Below are positions 11,764 through 20,000 of a stretch of 20,000 nucleotides of DNA, piece by piece. The notes under the pieces were generated by a model. It saw nothing but the letters and a program-made list of their open reading frames with translations, did no database searches and was not told where the DNA came from. The stretch's first letter is position 1; each line of letters opens with the position of its first letter. The position numbers and the translations under genes were made by a program. This DNA comes from Chiloscyllium plagiosum (taxonomy: Eukaryota): the NCBI RefSeq assembly GCF_004010195.1, contig NC_057755.1, forward strand, positions 2,727,510-2,747,509. Direction: 5' to 3'.

Positions 11764-11867
11764 GTAAGATGGGAGGGGGTGGGGGGGGGGGGGTAGATAT
11801 TTAGTTTAAATTAGTATCTCTTGTCTGATTATATCTGCCTCTTTAAATTTTTGATTTGGATATCATT

Positions 11868-13070
11868 GAGGGAGCTTCACTCTTTATCTAACCCTGTGGT
11901 GTCCCTTCCTGGGGGTGGTTGATGGGGATTCAGGAAAGGCAGCTTTATTGAGTATCTCACCCCATTCTGTCCCTTTCCTGAGAGTGTTTGATGCGGGTAG
12001 TGTAGCAGGATCTTTATTTTGTAGCATTGGAACAGGAGTAGACCATTCGGCCCCTCAGTCCTTTCCCATCATTCAATCGGATGATGGCCGATCTGTGGCC
12101 TAACCCCATCTTCCTTCCTTTGGCCCATTCCCTCAATACCTTCACTGAACAAATATTTATCCATTGCAGATGATCCAGCATTGACTGCTGTTGTGGAAGA
12201 GAGTTCCAAACCTTTCCTATCCTTTGTGTAACCAAGCGCTTCCTAACATCTCTCCTGAATGCTCTGTGCCCGAATTCTCGGACTTTGTTCCCTCTTGTTC
12301 TGAAATCTACAACCAGCAGGGATCATTCATCTTGATCTAGCCTGTCTCATCCTGTTTATATCTTGAAGATCAGATCACCCCTTTACCTTCTCCATTCTAG
12401 AGGAAACAGGCCTCCTTTGTATAATCTCTCCCCAGAATGTAACCTATGAAGTCTAGGGTCATTCTTGTAAACCTCCTTTGTGCTCCCTCTTTGTATCCAT
12501 CCACTTGCTTGCACTGACAGAGATTTTCCCCTTAACCCAGTCTATCAACATCCCTTTGCAATTCCAAGGTATTATCTGCACTGTCGAAACGCTGCCTAAC
12601 TTTGTACCTAATCCCATGCATTGCTATCCTGGGAGTGGGTGTCAGGAACGGTATTGAGGAAGTTTTACCCTGCATCCAGCCCCATGTTGTACCTGCCCTG
12701 GGAGTTTTGGATGGGAACAGTGTAGAGGGAGATTAACTTCACCTAATCCCATGCTGTCCATGTCCTGGGACTGATTGATTGGGAAAGTCTCAAGGGACCT
12801 TTACTCTGCACGCAGTCCCATTCTCCCAGACTCTGGGAGATTCAGATGGAGGAAGTGTAGAGGGACACATATTCTATATCTAACCCAATGATGGAGCTGC
12901 CCTGAGTATTTGATGGGGATAGAATGGGAAAGTGGATTACTCAATCAGTATCTAACCCTACACTGGGCTGGGAATTTGAGAAGTTACAGTATAGAGAGAG
13001 CTTTACTCTGAAACTAAGCCATTCTCTAACTGCTCTGGTGTTTTAGATGGGACTGGTTTAGATATGGGGA
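11868..13070 (+). repeat. Degenerate ~69-bp satellite B array (~9-10 units), interrupted by a CR1
   Basis: Approximate consensus gagggagctttactctgtatctaaccccatgctgtccctgtcctgggagtgtttgatggggacagtgta; units at ~11868, 11936, 12005 and ~12590-13070. Confidence 0.82.
12024..12489 (-). mobile_element. CR1 3' fragment with probable 6-bp TSD
   Basis: EGAQRRFTRM (~12460-12490), TQRIGKVWNSLPQ (ORF 12014..12235), tail ggggccgaatggtctactcctg; tttgta at 12018-12023 and 12490-12495. Confidence 0.85.
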
Positions 13071-13454
13071 GTCTGATGAATTGGCAGTCGAACTGAAACA
13101 ATGTGAGATGTGAAGTGATGCTTGTTGGAGGCAGGATAAATTAAGCTGTCACATGTTAAATTGGAAGCAGGAACACAGAAAGCTGCTGGTTAATTTTTAC
13201 ACATTTCCAAGTTTCAGTTCGGGGTGAAATACTGTCCCTGTGGGCAAACTCTCTAAAGCTGTTTCCTGTCCCACATTATTGCATTCTAAAAAATATGAAT
13301 TCTCTTTGTAGATGTAGGAATTGGAGAGAGTTCTTTGAAGGTGATTAAAATGCAGATTCCAGAAGCTGTTTGCTGTAAATGCCTGAGCCAATGTCACATT
13401 CCAGCAATATTTGCCTCACTTTGCAAACTTCTGAAAGTTTCCAATGTATAAAAA

Positions 13455-14990
13455 CTGAAACAGCTATCTGTTATTCTATATACAAACCACCTTAAAATCC
13501 TTGATTAGATTCCAGTCTGTAACTCACTCCCGGTCTCTGTTATTCTACATATCAAACCCACCTCAAATGCCTCGATAGGATTCCAGTCTGTAACTCACTC
13601 CCATACATCTGTGGCTGTTTATGTTCACCACCTGAAACCCCTTGATTAGATTCCAGACTGTACCTCACTCCTGGGTATCAATTATTCGGACATAATCCCC
13701 CAAACCCCTCAATTAGATCTCAGTTTGTAACTCACACTTGGTTTTTTTAAAATAAATTAACCCCGATCAATCAATTAGATTCTAACCTGTTGCCAACTCA
13801 CTTACATCTGTTACTCCATATATAAACCACATCGAAAGCTTGCTTAGATTTCACTCTGTAACTCACGCCTCAGTATCTGTTAATCCATGTATGCACCACA
13901 CCGAACCTGTTGATTAGATTTAGGTCTGTAAATCACTCCTGGGTATCTGTTCTTCCATTCACAAGCCATCCCAAAACCCTCAATTAGAAACCAGTCTGTA
14001 ACTTCTTCCCGGGAATCTGTTATTCTATACATAACCCACCTCAAACCCTTCAATAGGTTCCATTTTGAAACTTATGCTTGGATTTTATTTTAATGTAAAT
14101 AAACGCCTTGATACACCAATTAGATTCCAATCTGCAACTCACTCATATATATTCCATATATAATCCAACACAACATCCTTGATCAAATTCTAGTCTGTAA
14201 CTCACTCCTGAGTATCTGTTATTCCACATTGAAACAAACACAACCTCCTCGATCAGATTCCAGTCTGGAACTTACTCCTGAGTATCTGCTATTCCATATA
14301 TATAAACCAACTCAATCTCCTCGATCAGATTCCAATCTGCAACTCATTTCAGGTATCTGTTCTTCAACATATAACCCACCTCAGACATTTCAATTAGATT
14401 CCAGTTTGTAACTCGCTCCCAGGTATCTGTTATTCTGTACCAATACCATCTCCAGTCCCTCAGTTAGTTTCCAGTTTGCAACTCATACTTGGGTATTTTA
14501 CTTTTATATAAATAACCCCCCGATTCATCAATTAGATTCCAATCTGTAACTCATTCATGTATATTTGTTATTCCATATATAAACCAACCCGAACTCAAAA
14601 TTAGATTCCAGCCTGTAGCACACTCCTGGGTATCTATTATTCCATATATATAAACCACCCCAAATCCCTAAATTAGATTCTAGTCTGTAACTCACTCCTG
14701 AGGATTTGTCATTCTACAGGTAAGCCACCCCAAATCCTCTCAATTAAATTCCAGTCCGTTACTTACTCTTGGGTCTGTGCTATTCCATGTATAAAGCACC
14801 CCGAACAGCTCAATTCGATTCCAATTTGTAATTCATTCCCATATCTCTGTGACTCTGTAAATGAACCACCCCAAACTCCTGGATTAGATTCCAGTCTGCA
14901 ATTCACTCCAGGGTATCTGTTATTCTATCTATAAATCTCTCGATGAGATTTGAATCTGTAACTCACTTCCATGCATCCATCACTCTAAAT
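13455..14990 (+). repeat. Main array of 70-bp satellite A (~22 units)
   Basis: Approximate consensus ttagattccagtctgtaactcactcctgggtatctgttattccatatataaaccaccccaaacccctcaa, repeated at ~60-72-bp spacing. Confidence 0.95.
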
Positions 14991-15311
14991 AAGGGGGATA
15001 GACTCAGTCTTTTGTTGAGCACACTGAATTGTTAACATTTAGTGTGGAATGCTCTCTAATTGGGGAAATTGCACTCAGATCATGTGACTTTTTATACATT
15101 AATCAGCGCATGGTTAATACTTCTGCACACCTTTACAATTACAGTTCCTATTACACTTCTACACACATTTCAATTCTGAATGTACATTTGTCTATTGGAA
15201 ACAATATAACCTTTCAATTTGTGGATAACAATCATAGGAAAGTTTTAACTCCAAACAAAGTTTGACACGAGTCCTGTGCTATATCATTGCTTACATTTTC
15301 CTGATCTGTCT

Positions 15312-15539
15312 CTACCCTGGTGAGCGTTGTGATGCTGTCCAGGGGGAAATGCAGTCTCTTCAGAACTTTCCCTGGTCTCCATGGCAGTGACAGATCTCCT
15401 GATCAATATAACAACCATTACATTGGATGATTTCTAGCCTATACTTTCTATGAGTTTGCTGCCCACCATTCCTGCAAATACATTCACCTCTGTCTTCATT
15501 TATTTAGCAACTTGTAGTTCCAGCTGGTTGATGGTCACT
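15312..15539 (+). pseudogene. GPR139/GPR142-like class A GPCR pseudo-exon (end of TM1 to TM3)
   Basis: TLVSVVMLSRGKCSLFR / frameshift / LVSMAVTDLLINIT..* ..SVFIYLATCSSSWLMVT matches the NLVAIVILSRGKCGLS..YLVAMAxxDLLV..SVWLTV pattern of shark GPR139-like receptors; cut off just before the DRF motif. Confidence 0.78.
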
Positions 15540-15850
15540 TGTTCCATATCCCTCCATTCCTTGCACATCCATATGATTATGGTGCTAAAAGCCCCTGAGA
15601 TACCCCTGTCGTATCTGCATCCATTACCATCCCTGATATTACGTTCCAGACACCTACTACTCTCTGTGGAAAACATCCTTGCTCTCACATCTTGTTTGAA
15701 CTTTCACCTTCAATGTATGCTCCATAGTTCAAGACACTACAATTCTGTGAACGAGATTCTGACTGTCAACTCTATTTATGCATCTCATAATTTTATAGAC
15801 TTCTACAGAATTTCCCCTCAGCCTCCGTTGCTCCAAGAAAAACAACCTCA
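15536..15850 (-). mobile_element. CR1 ORF2 C-terminal fragment
   Basis: LRLFFLEQRRLRGNSVEVYKIMRCINRVDSQNL (end of ORF 15729..16100) plus decayed downstream CR1 sequence. Confidence 0.85.
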
Positions 15851-16403
15851 GGGATGCAGCATCTGAACCTAGGGTCGCCATTGGTTGTATGAAGACTGTA
15901 TGCCGTTGTTCTGCCCGTTTTCGGGTTCGAGGAGTCCCCAGTATATATCTGCCCACTGTCCTTCTGCCATTGGTGATGTGTCCGGTGATAACATCATTCG
16001 GGATCCAGAGAGAATCATTGTCATAGAACAGTTGAAGGAATGGCCATTTGGAAAGGTCACTACCAGTCCATCTGGCCCGCACAGAACCGAGACCCCACAT
16101 CTTACCAGCAAGTCACGTCCCATCAGATTCACAGGGCATGCAGGTGATGAAATATACTGGTCACAAAAGGTCTGTCCGGCCACTGATGTGATCAGTAGCG
16201 ATGTCAAAGGCAGATTTTCTGGTTTACCCGAGAACCCTACTAACTGGACGCTAGAGGATGACATGCTTGACCGAGGTATATCACAAGTAATGGTAGAAAA
16301 TCTTGCACCCGTGTCAACCAAAAAAATACAGATTCTTGTCCATGACCCTCATTTGCATATAGGGGTCTGCCAATCCCACATGCCCCTGGGTTCTCGGGCC
16401 CTG
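15851..16403 (-). pseudogene. pro: Retroviral aspartic protease and start of the PR-RT spacer
   Basis: DPYMQMRVMDKNLYF(L)VDTGARFSTI..CPVNLMGRDLL; one extra T in a T7 run (16320-16326); TAG at 15869-15871 probably from TGG (QWRP*VQMLHP). Confidence 0.9.
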
Positions 16404-18569
16404 TCAATATTCGTACCCCTGCCCTTCTGGCATAGTTTGGGGGTACTGTCCTTGCACCTGGGCTGCAGTTGCATTTGGGACTTGGTAAGGCTGAACAGCC
16501 TGTTGAACAGGAGGCTGACTTGCGCGGACATACTGTCCTCGGATCAATACCTGGCCTCCCTGGGTTCCCCACAACACGGGACAATTCCTTCTCCAATGCC
16601 CGGGTTGGCCACATTCAAAACAGGTGCTGGGTGGCTGACCTCTGAATCCTCTGCGGCCCCTTCCTCTACCACGCATTCCTCCAGAAATACCTATATGCCT
16701 GTCCCCATATTGGGGGTAGGGTGGCATCCAATCAGGTGTTGGGTCTAATCTCAGCGGGTTGTTTTGTGGCAATGGCCGCTGAACCATCTGATTAGTCGTC
16801 TTTTGGGAGGCCTTCTTTGTATCATTAGCCCTCCTCCTAGCCTCATTGAGCTGTAACTTCAGCAACTGCACTTGAGCTGACTCATTGCTCTGTTTATCCT
16901 CATCCTGTTTTGTCCTGTAACGTTTCATGTGGTGCATCAAATGTTTTTCCCACTGTTCTGCACAACAACCTGGGATATCAGGATTACTCTCCATTGCCTC
17001 TTTTACTTCCTTAGGCATCCCTGCCATAATGGCATTCCTAAATAACGTAGTCTGTAGCTGACCCGACTCTGGATGGCTCCCCGCAGTATCTGTCCACGTG
17101 ACCTTACACCTAGCCAAAAAGGCAGACATATCCTCACCCTCCTTCATTGTGAAGGTGAGTGAGTGCATCGCTCCCGGTGGAATCGGGAATCTCTCCCTCA
17201 TTTCCTTCCCACACAGGTGGCATACTGCGTAAACGGGTCCGAATCAGGTAATAAGTTGGTCCCCGCAGACACTTCAATCTGCTGTATTTCCCACATATTC
17301 AATTGCTTGCCCAACAATGCTCTCCAATTACCCATAGCTAACTTGTGCCCTAGTGTATATTGGCAAAATTTAGTCATTCAAGGCCCACCTCCCTCCATGG
17401 ATGGGGGCATTTTATCCAGGATGCAATTCATATCAGTATATGTGAAGGGCTGATAAATATCCCCCAGATAAGAGCCTCTGTAAATTAATGGCATTTGGTG
17501 GTGCTGATACTTTATCGGTTGTCGTAATGTGTCTCTTTGATGCAGGTTGTAACTTGGTTCAGGTAGGGACTTCATTGGAGGGCCATGTTCGGTATGCATT
17601 GTGAGTGAGCCTTAAAAAGTGACTGGGTAGGTGTTTGGATCATCGTCTGTCAGGGATCCTTCGTCCTCAAAGTCTGTACTACTTTTAGACTCCTCCCCAT
17701 CCAATTTCTCTCTATCCCGTTCTTCCCTCAAATCTCTCCTTCTTCTGTCTGAGAACCCATCATCCAAAAACTGACCTGAATCATGTAATCTTCACCTCTT
17801 TTTATTCTCAAAACTATACGGTGTCGAATAAGCATCTGGCTCCTGCACTGCTAAATATCTCCCCTGTTTTGGCTGTTCTTTGTTTCTACTGTACGTCATT
17901 ATCACCGTGCTTGCTTACTTCACTTCCTTAACTTTCTGTTCAGCTTCTAGTGTTAGTTTTTCTACTTTTCTGATACTTTCTTCTACAGCTTCCGCTTGTT
18001 CCTACTTCTTGCACATCTAACACCCCTTCTTGAACAGACATAAGTGGCATTTGCATTACAGGATATGGAGGCGGTGATTGTACCACAGGCAATTTAGGAT
18101 ATAATGGTGCGGATGGTCCTGCATTTTCTGTCTCCTTTGTCAGTTCTATTGTAGAGGTACCACCTACTTTCTTTTGTAATGTTTCTACCGCCATACAGGC
18201 CAACGTCATGTTATGCAAATGAATCCTCCTCTCTTCATTCTCCCCGCCTTCTTTTGTCCACTTTCTTCTAACTAATATTGACCCTTTCTTTCCCTTCATG
18301 TGTCCTTCTACTTCTAATTTAGCTTGCTCTTCTGCTTTTCCTAAAAACAGTGACAATTTCTTCCTCTCCTCATCTTTAGGGACTTTGCCCTGTTTCTGTA
18401 ATTCCTCCCAAATCTTATCATATTTCTCCATCATTGTTTTTTGTTTGTTCTTTGCAAGCCCACTGACTAATTGACTTCTGGCTTTACCCCACTGCTGTTT
18501 TACGGGCAACATTAAATCGGAATAACATCCTCCGTATTCTTCACACTCTTTATCAAACTCCCCTTCCAT
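16404..18569 (-). pseudogene. gag: Retroviral gag (~720 codons) with 2 frameshifts (~18000, ~17203) and 4 in-frame stops
   Basis: PSAPLYPKL..PPPY (18063-18116); capsid MPLIYRG..YQPF..DM..ILDKMPP..EGGGP; MHR-like KEGEDMSAFLARC; RG-rich tract; CFECGQPGHWRRNC (16581-16622); TGA at 16404-16406. Confidence 0.9.
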
Positions 18570-18874
18570 TTTATGTATTTTTATTTTTATTCAGTCAGTT
18601 GGTTTGGATATAAATATAACCGAGCAACCAACCCAATCAGAGACAAATCCGGTGGGTAGTCAGTTTGGATGGAGTACACCCGAACAACGGACTATTTCAG
18701 CGAGGTTTATCAGCAGTTTCGTTGTCACCGTTAGGTTTCCACTACCGACTCTCTCTCACTGAAACACCACCGTCTCTGTCTTCAAAACGCTACTGGCTTT
18801 TCTGACACCCTCCGTACAGTCCCCAATGTAAGTTTTAAAACATACAACACAATCATACACCACAATTTGTGAGC

Positions 18875-19092
18875 GTTGCTTTTATGAGATCCTGCTCAAT
18901 GGACTTTAAACCTCCTCACACTTACGTACCATGTTGCTTTTATGGGGACTCTAACCCCAAGGGACTTTAAACCTGTACGTATTAAACTTTGTTGCTTTTC
19001 TGGGGACTCTAACCCCATGGGACTTTAAACCCGCACGTACCTTGTTGCTTTTGTGGGGACTCTAACCCCACGGGACTTTAAACCTGTACGTA
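18875..19092 (-). repeat. Leader tandem repeat: three ~52-58-bp units plus one degenerate unit
   Basis: gttgctttt-N-tggggactctaacccca-N-gggactttaaacc at ~18933, 18991, 19043; degenerate copy at ~18875. Confidence 0.9.
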
Positions 19093-19198
19093 CTATATCA
19101 ATACTTTATCCACTTACTATTACAAGGACACTTGCAGTATAATGACAACAATCAATTTAGTATCTCCAGTTGCAGAACTTCGATATAAACAGGCGTCG

Positions 19199-19207
19199 GC
19201 TCACCTT
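19199..19207 (-). promoter_or_regulatory. Probable major splice donor of the ERV
   Basis: AAG|GTGAGC on the minus strand, ~90 nt downstream of the PBS. Confidence 0.6.
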
Positions 19208-19295
19208 TTTTTATGCGGCGCCGCTTGTTGTTGTCATCAAACGTCAGCTGTCCGTTGTTTCTATTTTTCTCTCTTTCCGTCACTTCTCTGTCTTC

Positions 19296-19313
19296 ATCAC
19301 GTCGGGGTCACCA
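19296..19313 (-). promoter_or_regulatory. Primer binding site, tRNA-Trp
   Basis: TGGTGACCCCGACGTGAT, the same 18-mer as the RSV/ALV tRNA-Trp PBS; separated from the LTR-terminal CA by a 3-nt spacer. Confidence 0.95.
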
Positions 19314-19316
19314 ATT

Positions 19317-19873
19317 TGTTGGACTTTGGCTCAATCTACAAACTTACTTTCTTCTATGTGTGAGCCAAGTCCTGCGTGTTCTTTTAAATGAAGCAATAGG
19401 AGAAGATATTCGGTCTCACACTCTTAATTTATTTTAAACAGTAAGTGGATAAAGCATTCAGAGCTCTGGGTCTAAATCTCTTTGTCCCTGACAAACTACA
19501 AAGTGTGCCAGTTCAAAATGTAAGACCCTGTTATGTCCCTGACCCAGTCTTTTTATACAATAAAAAACGTCATACAATCACTGAGGTAGAATTATCTTCT
19601 GATTGGCTGTTGATCTGACTCCATTCCCCGCCTCCTCGCATTCCCAGATGTCCGACCCCACGTGACCTTCTTTTGCCTGCGAAACGGAGGACCACGTGGT
19701 CCCCGCGCGCCTCCGCCGCGTGAAACAGAACATCACGTGACCCCGCTTTGCAACGGAGCACAGCACCACGTGACCTTGTTCTGCGCGCACGCATAACGGA
19801 GCACCCCAAAAGGCTTCCGAATGCCGAGTGTATTTATACTCGCAGCCAGCCATAAGTAAGTCATATATTTACA
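19317..19873 (-). repeat. 5' LTR (557 bp)
   Basis: Starts TGTAAAT at 19873 (Tx1 boundary) and ends CCAACA at 19317; CCAAT 19606-19602, TATAAAA 19557-19551, AATAAA 19433-19428 in the expected order. Confidence 0.9.
19551..19805 (-). promoter_or_regulatory. U3 promoter/enhancer: TATA, CCAAT, GC box, four CACGTG E-boxes
   Basis: CACGTG at 19659, 19693, 19734, 19767; ccccgcc at 19626; aacggag three times; CpG-rich. Confidence 0.75.
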
Positions 19874-20000
19874 GTACGTAGTGACACTTGGTGTTTGCGT
19901 ACCGGGGATCTACGCACAGCTTGATGCAGCCACACACAAAGGAGGCCATCAGGGTGAGGGTGCCATTGGGTGTATTTTTTCCCCCGTTGCCCAGATCTTT
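19874..20000 (-). mobile_element. Second Tx1-family copy, the ERV integration target; runs off the window
   Basis: Reverse complement aligns with ~9956-10080 (aaagatctgggcaacggggg..ggctgcatcaagctgtgcgt..gtgtcacta). Confidence 0.92.

Larger units (their letters stand above)
15851..19873 (-). mobile_element. Endogenous retrovirus, 5' half (5'LTR-PBS-leader-gag-pro), class I/epsilon-like fish lineage; RT, IN, env and 3' LTR missing
   Basis: LTR TG..CA, PBS, late domains, capsid MHR-like motif, single CCHC, protease DTG/GRD, all collinear on the minus strand. Confidence 0.93.

Noticed and set aside
11770..11793. G-run as a functional G-quadruplex
   Set aside because: Simple poly-G tract of uncertain length with no supporting context.
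13081..13165. Very old CR1 fragment (tggcag..tgtgaagtgatgc)
   Set aside because: Too short and degenerate to support without a profile search.
13455..14990. CRISPR-like regular array
   Set aside because: The whole 70-bp unit is homologous between copies, there are no unique spacers or cas genes, and the context is vertebrate; it is a satellite.
11868..14990. Common origin of satellites A and B (both ~70 bp)
   Set aside because: Only short words (ggagtg, atctaa) are shared in reverse complement, with different spacing; no alignment by eye.
15729..16100. ERV-CR1 fusion ORF
   Set aside because: The ERV part is out of frame with the protease; the ORF is a chance product of the deletion junction.
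16320..16326. U UUU UUU as a programmed -1 frameshift site
   Set aside because: The -1 frame gives FFWLTR, not protease. LVDTG needs +1, best explained by a 1-bp homopolymer insertion or sequencing error.
15885..16748. 287-aa plus-strand ORF as an antisense retroviral gene
   Set aside because: It is the antisense shadow of gag/pro with no recognisable domain; it would need conservation across copies to be credible.
18570..19295. Accessory ORF upstream of gag, like WDSV orfC
   Set aside because: No minus-strand ORF of 60 aa or more in the leader; the plus-strand ORFs there have no recognisable motifs.

Overview
Eukaryotic, repeat-saturated DNA. The repeat families (CR1, Tx1, Rex1/Babar, Penelope, two ~70-bp satellites) and a GPR139/142-like remnant point to a cartilaginous fish, probably a carpet shark (inference). 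There is no intact protein-coding gene. Bases 1-11,000 are a nest of decayed non-LTR retroelements whose insertion order can partly be read from the junctions; these include a Tx1 with a 12-bp TSD split by a CR1, and a Penelope fragment with a minimal hammerhead ribozyme. Bases 11,600-15,540 look like a dead GPR139/142-like GPCR gene with a satellite-filled intron. Bases 15,851-19,873 (minus strand) are the 5' half of an endogenous retrovirus: a complete 557-bp 5' LTR, a perfect 18-nt tRNA-Trp PBS, a structured ~725-nt leader, a decayed ~720-codon gag, and a protease, cut off before RT. The most interesting signals are in this provirus: a 22-bp long-range R/leader duplex next to the 5' poly(A) signal, tandem leader hairpins, three late-domain classes in 18 aa, and a UGA gag/pro junction with a candidate pseudoknot. 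Family assignments come from motif recognition only; no searches were run.
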